32,000 nt of DNA from Patescibacteria group bacterium (GCA_041662745.1 JBAZRV010000001.1:60001-92000), one strand, 5' to 3'. Counted from the first letter of the stretch, positions 6,052-14,750 are shown. The notes: generated from the letters alone by a model not told the origin. Made by a program: numbers and translations.

Positions 6052-8016
6052 TTAGGGAGCAATGCAGGAGGAACTGAAGAATGACTTGCAACACTTCCTC
6101 TTTGAGGAATTATAGTAGGGATAAGTTCTGTTCTTAACTTTGCAACAAGCCGAATTAGTGCAGGTCTTAGCCACACAAACATTGCTAACGCAATTCTGCG
6201 CCGCATTGCAACTGCCACAATTCAGGGTGCCGCCGCAACCGTTAGAAATAGAGCCGCAATTCTTGCTTTGGGCCGCGCAGGTAGTCGGCGTACAGACGCA
6301 AGCTTGGCTGACAGCCGGCATATTCGCTGTTGTGCCGCAACCGTTAACATCAACGCAAGTTCTTGTTTGCGCGCTATTGGAGCAGGCGCTCCAATCAGTA
6401 CAAGACCAATTCTCAACACAAACCGGCGGCAAGGTACCGCTGAACTCATAAGCGCCCAAATCCGGCGCCGTGCCTTGCGGCACTGCCGTACCGGCATAGT
6501 CAGGAGTCAAACTCAATGACGCCCCCTTATTAATCGCCGGGGAGGCTGATTGAAGGGAAAAATCATAAGCGACGGCATTATTGAATTTAGGATCAACAAC
6601 TAAAGAGTTGGCGTCTTGTCCGGCCGGTTTGGCGTAGGAACCGCTGGGGTAGTAAAGGTTATAATTAATAGTGTTGCCGGTAGCGCCGACTAATCCCAAA
6701 AGCGTCTTATAGTTTCCGGCAGTACTGCCGGCCGCCATGGTGCTGAAAATATTGTTTTTAACCTGCGCTCCGGTCATCAATGATCCGGCCAAGACCAAGC
6801 CGAAGCGCTTGCTGTTATACACGGTATTATTATAAACGGCAACGTTGGCAAAATTATAAAGCTGTATGCCATCGCCCTCATTATAAATCACATTATAAAT
6901 TACGGCGTTGCCATTGGTTCCGGCAACTCCGTTGATACTGCCGTCAAAACGGATTCCCTGAGTGCCCAACTTCTGCCCGCTATTGCCTTGATCAAGGACT
7001 ACAGCTAACCCTTCAGGATTATTATAAGTGTCATATTGGCCGTAAACCTTATTATATCTGACAACATTATTGCCGCCGGTCATAAACAAATTAATGCCGG
7101 CGCGATCGTCAAAAGTGCGGCAATTGCCATAAACCGTATTATGTTCAATAATATTGCCGGCCGTAATTGACGAATACAGAGCGATGCCGGCATCGCCATT
7201 ATTATAACTGGTATTGCTTTTAAGGGAACTGTTGGAACCGGAAAAACTAATGCCCATGGCGCCATTATTGTAAGTCTGATTGTTAAAAACTTCATTGGCT
7301 AAGCCGCGATCCGATCCGTTGGCATAAAACATTATGCCGGCGCCGTAATTGTAAGCATTGACTTGGGAATAAGCCGTGCCCTTGGTACCGCTGACAATAG
7401 AATTTTTCACGATGTTGTTATTGCCGGTACCGGCGACATCGGCCAAAAAATAAATTCCGCCGTAACCCCAATTATCCACTGCGGAAATTCCATTAACCGT
7501 TATATTGGAAGAATTGTAAATGACTAAGCCGGCCGAAGGTGAATTTTCCGACCTGGCATTAGTAACACTGACACTGTTAAGCGAGATATGGCTCTGATTC
7601 AAAATTAAGATATTCCAAGGGCGGACTTGTTCAGCGTCAAGCATCGGATTGTTGCCCGAACCGTAAGCGTCAACGACAATCGGCAAGCCGGCTGAACCTG
7701 AGGCGGCAATCTGCAATGTCTCTTTAAAGGTGCAGCCGCGTTGCAAATAAATCTGATCGCCGGATTTTAATCCCACCATCCCCTGCATTTGGTTCAATCG
7801 AGCAAAAGTTTTCCAGGCCGTAGCGGGCGATGTGCCGTCATTAGTATCATTACTAGAAACATCACAACCGATATAGTAAGAAGACGATGATAAGGCCGTG
7901 GTCGTTCTCGGCTCTAAATTGATATTAACCGTCGCTAAAACCGACAAAGCAATGGAAGTGGCCGCTAAGACTAAGGCGGCGGAAGTTTTGAGGTGTGTCT
8001 TAGTAAGAGTAATCAT
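6052..8016 (-). CDS. secreted/anchored right-handed parallel beta-helix repeat protein with a Cys-rich C-terminal module
   Basis: 654 aa. N-terminal hydrophobic anchor/signal (AALVLAATSIALSVLA). About 400 aa of ~22-residue N/G/V-rich beta-helix-type repeats (NNxVxNN, VYNN, IxxN). The last ~120 aa contain more than 25 Cys, including WSCTDWSACSNSAQTRTCVDVNGCGT. Confidence 0.8.
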   Translation of the reverse strand: MITLTKTHLKTSAALVLAATSIALSVLATVNINLEPRTTTALSSSSYYIGCDVSSNDTNDGTSPATAWKTFARLNQMQGMVGLKSGDQIYLQRGCTFKETLQIAASGSAGLPIVVDAYGSGNNPMLDAEQVRPWNILILNQSHISLNSVSVTNARSENSPSAGLVIYNSSNITVNGISAVDNWGYGGIYFLADVAGTGNNNIVKNSIVSGTKGTAYSQVNAYNYGAGIMFYANGSDRGLANEVFNNQTYNNGAMGISFSGSNSSLKSNTSYNNGDAGIALYSSITAGNIIEHNTVYGNCRTFDDRAGINLFMTGGNNVVRYNKVYGQYDTYNNPEGLAVVLDQGNSGQKLGTQGIRFDGSINGVAGTNGNAVIYNVIYNEGDGIQLYNFANVAVYNNTVYNSKRFGLVLAGSLMTGAQVKNNIFSTMAAGSTAGNYKTLLGLVGATGNTINYNLYYPSGSYAKPAGQDANSLVVDPKFNNAVAYDFSLQSASPAINKGASLSLTPDYAGTAVPQGTAPDLGAYEFSGTLPPVCVENWSCTDWSACSNSAQTRTCVDVNGCGTTANMPAVSQACVCTPTTCAAQSKNCGSISNGCGGTLNCGSCNAAQNCVSNVCVAKTCTNSACCKVKNRTYPYYNSSKRKCCKSFFSSSCIAP

Positions 8017-8059
8017 AAAAAATTAAATTAATTGCTATAATCGGTTGTAATTTAACCGA

Positions 8060-8085
8060 TAAAAAACACCCTATGATTCGGGTGT
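8060..8085 (-). terminator. rho-independent terminator of hup
   Basis: Minus-strand stem ACACCC / GGGUGU (8080-8085 / 8066-8071) followed by UUUUUU (plus-strand A-run 8060-8065). Confidence 0.6.
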
Positions 8086-8094
8086 TTATTAATT

Positions 8095-8433
8095 TTACTC
8101 TTGCATAGAAACCGCTTCAGTCGGCTCAGAAGCAACCGACTGAACTTTGCCGGTTCTGCCCTTTAAGGCATCCTTAAGATTCTTTCCGGCCTTGAATTTC
8201 GCCACGGTAACCGTGGGAATCTCAATCTTCTCATTGGGGTTGCGCGGATTGATGCCTTCTCTTCCTTTGCGGGCGCGGGCGGAAAAAGTGCCAAAACCGG
8301 TCAAAACGATTTCCCCGCCGCTTTTCATGGTTTCGGTGGCAATATCCGTAAACGCCTCCAAGGCCGATTCGGCTTGCGCCTTATTAATGCCGACCTTATC
8401 GGCGATTTTTTGTGAGAGTTCTGCTTTGTTCAT
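8095..8433 (-). CDS. hup: HU/IHF-family nucleoid DNA-binding protein
   Basis: Canonical HU sequence MNKAELSQKIA...GFGTFSARARKGREGINPRNPNEKIEIPTVTVAKFKAGKNLKDAL, plus a ~20-aa acidic/polar C-terminal tail. I chose the start at MNKAEL (8433) rather than the upstream in-frame ATG at 8463. Confidence 0.9.
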   Translation of the reverse strand: MNKAELSQKIADKVGINKAQAESALEAFTDIATETMKSGGEIVLTGFGTFSARARKGREGINPRNPNEKIEIPTVTVAKFKAGKNLKDALKGRTGKVQSVASEPTEAVSMQE

Positions 8434-8496
8434 ATGTTTGGTGATTAAAATTATTAATTTCATCGTCAGGCTGTTCCTGTGTGTCGTTTTAACCGC

Positions 8497-9312
8497 TTAC
8501 TCCACCTCCACGGTTTTATTTATTCGCTCTATTTTGAGTGCTTGCTTATTTTTCTCATCCAATTCAAGGTAGACTCCGTTTAAAACCGCCGTGCCGCGCG
8601 ACGGCACATCGTGTTTTTTGGAAGTCTGGCCGATTTTCAAAAATAAATTATAAATCTGCTGTTTATCGGCGCCAATAATTGAATCGGCATAACCGACCAT
8701 GCCGGCATCGGAAATATAAGCCGTGCCCTTGGGCAGAATCCTTTCATCGGCCGTTTGCACGTGGGTGTGAGTGCCCAAAACCGCCGTTATCCTGCCATCA
8801 AAGTAATTAGCCAAGGCTATTTTTTCCGAAGTGGCTTCCGCATGAAAATCCACGAGATACAAGGCTTGGCGATTTTCGCTGACTATCTTTTCTAAAGTCT
8901 TAAAAGGATCATGCAAGGCATCCCGTTCTCTTTCACCACAATCAAAAAATACCCTACCCATTAAGTTTACCACGATTAGCTTATTTTCGCCAATATTTAT
9001 TGTGAGCTGTCCCCGGCCGGATTTTTTGCTGGGATAATTAGCAGGGCGGATGAGTTGATTATGTTCGTCTTCCAGCATGGCATCACTGCCGGCCTTTTCC
9101 CAAATATGATTGCCGGAAGTAAACGCGTCTATTCCGATTTCCTTCATTTCATCAATGGTTTTCTGCGTGGCGCCGATGCCATGAGCCAGATTCTCCGCAT
9201 TAGCGATAATCAAATCCGGCTTATACTTTCTCTTTAAGCGAGGCAACTCCTGTTTAACGGCGTTACGGCCGATTTTTCCGACAATATCAGCGATGAATAG
9301 GATTCTAATCAT
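8497..9312 (-). CDS. ymdB: YmdB-like (TIGR00282-type) metallophosphoesterase
   Basis: 271 aa. The N-terminus MIRILFIADIVGKIGR...IANAENLAHGIG, together with GNH, DFHAEATSEK and GTHTHV, matches the calcineurin-like YmdB pattern. Confidence 0.85.
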   Translation of the reverse strand: MIRILFIADIVGKIGRNAVKQELPRLKRKYKPDLIIANAENLAHGIGATQKTIDEMKEIGIDAFTSGNHIWEKAGSDAMLEDEHNQLIRPANYPSKKSGRGQLTINIGENKLIVVNLMGRVFFDCGERERDALHDPFKTLEKIVSENRQALYLVDFHAEATSEKIALANYFDGRITAVLGTHTHVQTADERILPKGTAYISDAGMVGYADSIIGADKQQIYNLFLKIGQTSKKHDVPSRGTAVLNGVYLELDEKNKQALKIERINKTVEVE

Positions 9313-9392
9313 AATAAAATTTAATTTAATTTTAACCGGTGGACGCTTCAGCCCTGGATCTTGCTGGTAAATCGGCTATCAACCGCTACTGC

Positions 9393-10277
9393 TTAAACGG
9401 TCATTTCCTTCAATTTTTTAATCCGATCTTCCAGCGGCGGGTGAGTGGAAAAGGCATTGGCCAAAAAGCGCCTGGAGTTATTAAAAGGATTGGCGATATA
9501 CAGATGCGCTGTCGCCGAGGAGGCGGCGGACATCACTGACTGGTCATTGGCGATTTTTTCCAAGGCGCCGGCCAAACCCTCGGGATAGCGCGTCAGCAAG
9601 GCGCCGGAAGCATCGGCTAAATATTCGCGGCGGCGGGAAACGGCTAATTTTATCAATTGGGCGATTAACGGGGAAAGCAAAATCAAAATTACTCCGATAA
9701 TCAACAGGGCGGGATTACCGCGGTCATTATCCCCCCTGCCGCGGCCGAATAATGAACCGCGTAAAAACCAATCGGCCAAAAGGGAAATCATGCCGACCAA
9801 AACAATAATGATAGTCATTAACCTGATATCATAATTCTTGACGTGGGATAGCTCGTGGGCAATCACGCCTTCCAATTCCAATTTGCTTAACTTATTGATC
9901 GCGCCGACCGTTAAGGCGATTGAAGCATGGGAAGGATCTCGACCGGTAGCAAAAGCATTGATGGCTTGCTCCGGCATCAAATAAATTTTAGGCAACGGCA
10001 CGCCGGCGGTAAGGCAAAGATTTTCAACTAAATGATAGACATAGGTATTGTCGTTTTCCTTAACTTCTTGGGCTTTGGCCGACCACAAAGCCACCTGATC
10101 GCCGCCGTAATAACTGAACAACGACATGATAACGGAAAAAACAGCCGCAGCAACAAGAGCGCCATAACCGTAATTGAAATAATAACCGATAAACCAACCG
10201 ATAAACAGTATGATAACGGTAAAAACAATAATCAACAGCCAGGTGCGACGCTTGTTGGAATCTATTTGGTTATACAT
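9393..10277 (-). CDS. htpX: M48-family zinc metalloprotease HtpX
   Basis: 294 aa with four TM segments, the HELSHVKNYD (HExxH) motif and a downstream E in REYLAD. This is the typical HtpX topology. Confidence 0.9.
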   Translation of the reverse strand: MYNQIDSNKRRTWLLIIVFTVIILFIGWFIGYYFNYGYGALVAAAVFSVIMSLFSYYGGDQVALWSAKAQEVKENDNTYVYHLVENLCLTAGVPLPKIYLMPEQAINAFATGRDPSHASIALTVGAINKLSKLELEGVIAHELSHVKNYDIRLMTIIIVLVGMISLLADWFLRGSLFGRGRGDNDRGNPALLIIGVILILLSPLIAQLIKLAVSRRREYLADASGALLTRYPEGLAGALEKIANDQSVMSAASSATAHLYIANPFNNSRRFLANAFSTHPPLEDRIKKLKEMTV

Positions 10278-10335
10278 AAGCTATAATTCATAAATTCTAT
10301 CATCTTTATTTTAACAAAATTAAGCCAAAAAATCA

Positions 10336-10376
10336 AAATTAAAAAAGCCGCGCAACAGTTATTGGCTGTTACGCGG
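10336..10376 (-). terminator. rho-independent terminator of paralog B (copy 1 of a repeated hairpin module)
   Basis: Minus-strand RNA CCGCGUAACAG-CCAAUAA-CUGUUGCGCGG forms an 11-bp stem with one G.U, followed by CUUUUUU. The 24 nt at 10353-10376 are identical to 11324-11347. Confidence 0.75.
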
Positions 10377-10392
10377 ACTAAAGAGTCAAGGT

Positions 10393-11130
10393 TCAAGGTT
10401 TCAAAGGGATCGGTTCGCGGACAACAGCGAAACGCCAAGAACTGTAAAGACGATACTCAAGACTAATCAATGACAAGAGGCGCCTCCCCACATTTACGTC
10501 AAGGTAAGCGAAACTGCGATGGCCGGCTTCGTGCTGCCAAATTGATCCCAAAGCGGCAATGGGGTGTAGCCGTTGCAAACCGGGGTGGGCCGCACCCAGA
10601 GCCAGCAATTCCGGCAGGGGGGCGAAGCGGTAGCGATGCTCCGCTCCTTGCTGAGCCAGCCAATCATTGACCTCTTGCAATTTGGCGATGACTTGATCGC
10701 CATTGCTGAAATTTTGATTAAACTGGAGTAACTCTACTCTAATTTTCCTGGTAAGAGGTGAAAGCCTGAAAGAGAAATGACGGTTGTTGATATCCGGATT
10801 AAACGCGTCATACTTGCCGGCGGCAATCATCTGTTCAAGGTCTTGACTGGGATCAACGGTCACATCGTAAATGCCGACAATGCCGACCGGCTGAGGTAAG
10901 ACGATTTGTTTGGCGGCTCTTTTCATAATTCCAGCCTCGGCCGGAGTCAGTCCGGCAATCAATTTGGCGATTGCCCGAAGCGTTGAGTCGCCTTCAGGCT
11001 GAGCCAGCAAATAAAGGCACTGACCGACATTGCCGCCGAATTCCTGGATGTACCTAACCAGATTTACAACAACCGTGAGCAACGCGCCCATGGCCGACAC
11101 CACCGCTTCAACATTCTTCTTTGTCCTCAT
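10393..11130 (-). CDS. hypothetical protein, paralog B of the 245-aa GC-rich family
   Basis: 245 aa, collinear with 3367..4104. DNA identity is locally long, for example ggggtgggccgcacccagagccagca is identical in both. It has its own consensus promoter, an AUAGGAGAAUG RBS and a terminator. Confidence 0.8.
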   Translation of the reverse strand: MRTKKNVEAVVSAMGALLTVVVNLVRYIQEFGGNVGQCLYLLAQPEGDSTLRAIAKLIAGLTPAEAGIMKRAAKQIVLPQPVGIVGIYDVTVDPSQDLEQMIAAGKYDAFNPDINNRHFSFRLSPLTRKIRVELLQFNQNFSNGDQVIAKLQEVNDWLAQQGAEHRYRFAPLPELLALGAAHPGLQRLHPIAALGSIWQHEAGHRSFAYLDVNVGRRLLSLISLEYRLYSSWRFAVVREPIPLKP

Positions 11131-11237
11131 GATGCATTCTCCTATTTGGCCGGTCTCTCATTCCAGCGTTAACGCCAGAACCACGGACCAACCATTTTTA
11201 GGTGCAAATTAGCTCTGCCGACATGACAGTTTGCTAA
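11131..11237 (-). promoter_or_regulatory. conserved structured 5' leader of paralog B
   Basis: A 5' hairpin (about 11209-11237) is followed by GCACCUAAAAAU (11194-11205). The helix GGUUGGUC (11186-11193) / GACCGGCC (11148-11155) has 8 bp including 2 G.U and occupies the same position as the GGCUAAUC/GAUUAGGCC helix of paralog A. CCAAAUAGGAGAA and the ATG follow. Confidence 0.5.
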
Positions 11238-11243
11238 TATCTA

Positions 11244-11272
11244 ATTATATCATATTTACAATATTTTGTCAA
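11244..11272 (-). promoter_or_regulatory. perfect-consensus sigma70 promoter (TTGACA-17-TATAAT) of paralog B
   Basis: Minus strand: TTGACA at 11267-11272, 17-nt spacer, TATAAT at 11244-11249. It is preceded by TGTGGATAA (plus-strand TTATCCACA at 11278-11286). Confidence 0.75.
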
Positions 11273-11312
11273 TACCTTTATCCACAATACTTTTTATCTA
11301 AATTTAGATAAT

Positions 11313-11347
11313 AAAAAACCGCTCAACAGTTATTGGCTGTTACGCGG
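11313..11347 (-). terminator. terminator of the DUF2419-like gene (copy 2 of the repeated hairpin module)
   Basis: Uses the same hairpin sequence as 10348-10376 (24/24 identical core, one extra mismatch in the stem), followed by UUUUUUAU on the minus strand. Confidence 0.65.
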
Positions 11348-11362
11348 GTTAAAGAACGGAGA

Positions 11363-12439
11363 CTAATAAGCCGTAGTGCGAAAAACCGGCTGGAATAATT
11401 GTATCCGCTGTTGGCAAATCTTTTCAAAACGACAGCTATTACATTGGGGCTCTTCCATCTCCGGACAATATTTGCGCGCCAGCCACATTAGCTTGTCAAC
11501 TTCAGCCATGGGCCTGCCGGAAAGAGTAATTACCCGGTCAACGGCAGCATAAACCGCCAACCTGATCGCTAATTCAATCTCAGCGTCAACCCAAGAACGG
11601 GAACTTACGCAATCAGCAAACCGTTCGGCCAAATCCACCAGACCGAGCCGCAAAGCCGAACGCATCAAATGATAATCAACTATCGGACGCCACTGCGGAC
11701 TATCCGGCTCAATCTTTAAAAAATGTTCCGGACGATTGGCTAGGGCCATCGCCAACAACGTGGCCTTTTTATTGAACGGATCGTTGAAACCAACGAGATT
11801 CAAAGCTAGAAAACTGATAAATTCTGATAATTTCGGATATTGCTTAAGAATATCAAGTGATGTTTGAAAAACCTCAGGGAGCTCTAAAAAAGAACGGCCG
11901 TAACCGGTTGTCAGAATATACCTTTGTTCCCAATCCGGAAAAGGCACTGGGCCATTGTCATCGCTGAGAAACTTCACAAAACCGGCCGGTGACAACGAGG
12001 CCAGATTGGTTGGCTTAAAAAAATCCGGATTATTGTCTAACGCCCTTTTAGCCAACTGCCACAGCAAATCGGAACCCTTGATTCTTTTGCCGTTTAAGGT
12101 TCCCCAAAGAGGTTCACTGTAGCCAGCGCAATTACCATACCAAAAGCCGAATTGCTGGGAACAGACATAAAAGAAAAAATCCACGGTCGACGGGTGATTA
12201 AGCGGCGGGTACATGCCACTGGCGACAATCTCTTCGCCTTGGGCATTGCGAAAACTGTAAAAATTCAAAAAATCCCTGTCCGGTGGCAAGCCCTTCAAAT
12301 AAGCGGCCAGCTTCTCTACCGCTTCTTCATTGACAACGGCAATTTCCGACAATCGCGATAATTCTTCTAATTCCATTTCCGTCGCTTCTTCTGCCGCCTC
12401 AGCAACAAGCAGTCTCATAATATCATCCTGACTGTGCAT
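11363..12439 (-). CDS. DUF2419/Qng1-like queuosine-salvage family protein (tentative)
   Basis: Start chosen at MHSQDD (12439), preceded by GGAGGcaaggtt. Blocks resemble my recollection of human C9orf64/Qng1: FFFYVCSQQFGFW (VTDTLNFSFW), IVDYHLMRSALRLGLV (FADYRLPQVLAHLGAL) and a C-terminal ...FRTTAY (..IRCIYY). It carries an extra CPEMEEPQCNSCRFEKIC segment. Confidence 0.5.
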   Translation of the reverse strand: MHSQDDIMRLLVAEAAEEATEMELEELSRLSEIAVVNEEAVEKLAAYLKGLPPDRDFLNFYSFRNAQGEEIVASGMYPPLNHPSTVDFFFYVCSQQFGFWYGNCAGYSEPLWGTLNGKRIKGSDLLWQLAKRALDNNPDFFKPTNLASLSPAGFVKFLSDDNGPVPFPDWEQRYILTTGYGRSFLELPEVFQTSLDILKQYPKLSEFISFLALNLVGFNDPFNKKATLLAMALANRPEHFLKIEPDSPQWRPIVDYHLMRSALRLGLVDLAERFADCVSSRSWVDAEIELAIRLAVYAAVDRVITLSGRPMAEVDKLMWLARKYCPEMEEPQCNSCRFEKICQQRIQLFQPVFRTTAY

Positions 12440-12517
12440 AACCTTGCCTCCTTCCGGTTGTTTTACTAAGCCTGACTGATTATCAAAGTACCAGATTATT
12501 TTTATCATGACACCAAT

Positions 12518-12549
12518 AAAAAAGCAAGGCGTTACGGCCTTGCTTTTTT
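12518..12549. terminator. bidirectional hairpin terminator downstream of lemA
   Basis: Arms gcaaggc (12524-12530) and gccttgc (12537-12543), flanked by an A6 run and a T6 run. Confidence 0.7.
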
Positions 12550-12563
12550 AATCAAAATTTAAC

Positions 12564-13124
12564 TTAAAATTTAACCTCAACATTCTGTTTTTCCGCCTCA
12601 TTGGCTTCAAAAAAATCATACTTCTTGAACTTGAGCAATTGATTGATCAAGTTATTGGGAAAAACCTCAATCTTGGTGTTGAAATCACGGACATTGCCGT
12701 TATAAAATCTTCGAGCGGCCTGAATCTTATTCTCCGTATCGGAGAGTTCTTCCTGCAACTTCAAGAAATTTTGATTGGCCTTCAAGTCGGGGTAACTTTC
12801 CGCTAAAGCGAAAATTGATTTAAGGGTATTGGACAATTCACCCTCGGCCTTAGCTTTAGCGGCCAAGCCATCGCCGCTGGCCATCGCCGTGTTTCTGGCT
12901 TCAATGACTTTTTGCAAAGTCGCCTGCTCGTGAGCGGCATAGCCCTTGACCGTCTCAATCAAATTGGGGATCAAGTCATAACGGCGCTTAAGCTGGACAT
13001 CAATGTCCGACCAGGCCTCCTTGGCGCGATTGTTGGCGCGGATCAGTCCGTTGTACAGCAGTACGACAGCGATAATCGCCACCGCCAAAACAATCAGAAC
13101 GATCCAAAGAATGTTTAACAGCAT
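12564..13124 (-). CDS. lemA: LemA family membrane protein
   Basis: 186 aa with an N-terminal TM and the LemA signature region YNGLIRANNRAKEAWSDIDVQLKRRYDLIPNLIETVKGYAAHE. Confidence 0.9.
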   Translation of the reverse strand: MLLNILWIVLIVLAVAIIAVVLLYNGLIRANNRAKEAWSDIDVQLKRRYDLIPNLIETVKGYAAHEQATLQKVIEARNTAMASGDGLAAKAKAEGELSNTLKSIFALAESYPDLKANQNFLKLQEELSDTENKIQAARRFYNGNVRDFNTKIEVFPNNLINQLLKFKKYDFFEANEAEKQNVEVKF

Positions 13125-13193
13125 ATTTTTATTATTAGAGTTTATTCCTTGATAACTAAGAAAAACTCATTATTAATTTTAGGTAAGCTGAAG

Positions 13194-14720
13194 TTATCGG
13201 GCGTATTCGGTCACGCGTTTTTCACGAATGACATTAACCTTGATTTCTCCAGGATATTTAAGCTCGGCTTCTATCTTTTCGGCAATATCCTTGGCCATCT
13301 TGATTGCGCCCAAATCGTCAACCTCGTCCGGCGTAACAAACACGCGCACTTCGCGGCCGGCCTGGATGGCATAGGCCTTGTCAATGCCGGGGAAGCCGAG
13401 GGCGATCTTCTCCAATTCATCCAAACGCTGGAGATAGTTCTCATAACTGTCTTTGCGAGCGCCCAATCGCGCGCCGGAAATAGCGTCAGCAACCTTGACA
13501 ATAATGCCTTCAAAGGTGGATGGCTTGTCATTATGGTGTTCAAAAACCGGAGCGATAATATCCTCGGTAATGCCGAATTTTTTGCAAATATCCCGGCCGA
13601 TTTCCGGATGCGTGCCCTGGACCTCGTGGTCAACGGCCTTGCCGATATCATGCAACAGGCCGGCCTTCTTGGCCACAGCCACATTGGCGCCCAATTCTTC
13701 GGCTAACAGCGCTGACAAATTAGCGACTTCCGCCGAATGGTTTAAAATATTCTGGCCATAGGAGGTGCGGTATTTCAAACGGCCCAAAATTTGCACTAAC
13801 TTCGGATCCAAACCGGTAATGCCTAATTCATAAACCGTGGCCTCGCCGGCCTTCTTGATATCAATGGCCAGATCCTGCTTGGCCTCTTTAATTGTTTCCT
13901 CAATGCGGGCCGGATGGATACGGCCGTCAAAAATCAATTTCTCAATCGCCTTCTTGGCGACTTGGCGGCGAATCGGGGAGAAAGACGACAGAGTAATCGC
14001 CTGCGGCGTATCATCAATAATGATTTCCACGCCGGTCAACTGTTCAATGGTCTTGATGTTTCTGCCTTCGCGCCCGATAATCCGTCCCTTCATTTCGTCA
14101 TTGGGTATGTCCACAACCGATGAGGTTGTTTCGGCGGCATGGCTGGAAGCGCAACGTTCAATCACCGTAGCCAACAATCCTTTGGCTTTTTTCTCCAAAT
14201 CCTCGCTGGCCTCATTCTCCAATTTTTTAATGCGGTTGACCAAATTGTCGGCAATCATGCGTTCGGCATTTTCCAAAAGCACCTTTTCCGCTTCGGCCTT
14301 GGTTAAGCCGGCGATCTTTTCCAGTTTCGCCAATTGGTCTTCCTTGATTTTTTGAACTTCCTCTTTGGCCTTGTTGATCTTATCCGCCTTGTCAGCCAGA
14401 CTGGCTTTTTGATTCTCCAAATCCAGAATTTTCTGATCAAACATGGTTTCGCGCTTTTCCAATCGGGATTTGGCGCTGTCCATTTCCACTTTAACTTGCC
14501 TGGCCTCAACCTTGGCCTCATCAATGATTTTTAAGGATTTCTCTTGCGCGACCAAAACAAGCTCTTTCTGCTTGGCTTTAGCCTCAATCAGCATTTTTTC
14601 AATTTTTGATTCCAAACTGTCTTTTCTTTTTTGCGCCCAGTTCTTGCGCATGAGGTAACCGCCGCCAAAACCGACCAATAACATCGCTAAGGCGATAACA
14701 CCTGAAATAATAATTTCCAT
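13194..14720 (-). CDS. rny: ribonuclease Y
   Basis: 508 aa. N-terminal TM, long K/E coiled coil, KH domain (GRIIGREGRNIKTIE) and HD domain (GLLHDIGKA...HH). Confidence 0.95.
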   Translation of the reverse strand: MEIIISGVIALAMLLVGFGGGYLMRKNWAQKRKDSLESKIEKMLIEAKAKQKELVLVAQEKSLKIIDEAKVEARQVKVEMDSAKSRLEKRETMFDQKILDLENQKASLADKADKINKAKEEVQKIKEDQLAKLEKIAGLTKAEAEKVLLENAERMIADNLVNRIKKLENEASEDLEKKAKGLLATVIERCASSHAAETTSSVVDIPNDEMKGRIIGREGRNIKTIEQLTGVEIIIDDTPQAITLSSFSPIRRQVAKKAIEKLIFDGRIHPARIEETIKEAKQDLAIDIKKAGEATVYELGITGLDPKLVQILGRLKYRTSYGQNILNHSAEVANLSALLAEELGANVAVAKKAGLLHDIGKAVDHEVQGTHPEIGRDICKKFGITEDIIAPVFEHHNDKPSTFEGIIVKVADAISGARLGARKDSYENYLQRLDELEKIALGFPGIDKAYAIQAGREVRVFVTPDEVDDLGAIKMAKDIAEKIEAELKYPGEIKVNVIREKRVTEYAR

Positions 14721-14750
14721 ATTTCTCCTTCTATGATGGCAGGGAGAAAT
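14721..14750 (-). promoter_or_regulatory. hairpin able to sequester the rny Shine-Dalgarno
   Basis: In the mRNA, AUUUCUCC (14750-14743), a 14-nt loop and GGAGAAAU (14728-14721) are followed immediately by AUG (14720). This is a perfect 8-bp stem that includes the GGAG. Confidence 0.5.

Noticed and set aside
3367-11130. Similarity between paralogs A and B, considered as a template/variable repeat pair of a diversity-generating retroelement.
   Set aside because: The differences are of all substitution types rather than adenine-specific. The homology spans the whole genes, and no reverse transcriptase is present in the window.
12440-12517. A preQ1-type riboswitch upstream of the queuosine-salvage-like gene (A-rich UAAAACAACC tail next to the SD).
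   Set aside because: I could not find a convincing P1 stem or the conserved loop nucleotides by eye. The resemblance is limited to an A-rich tract.
13149-14355. Plus-strand ORFs of 185, 102 and 172 aa antisense to rny, with similar antisense ORFs in clpP, the 1056-aa gene and paralogs A and B.
   Set aside because: The opposite-strand genes have unambiguous family motifs. The antisense translations are low-complexity with no start signals.
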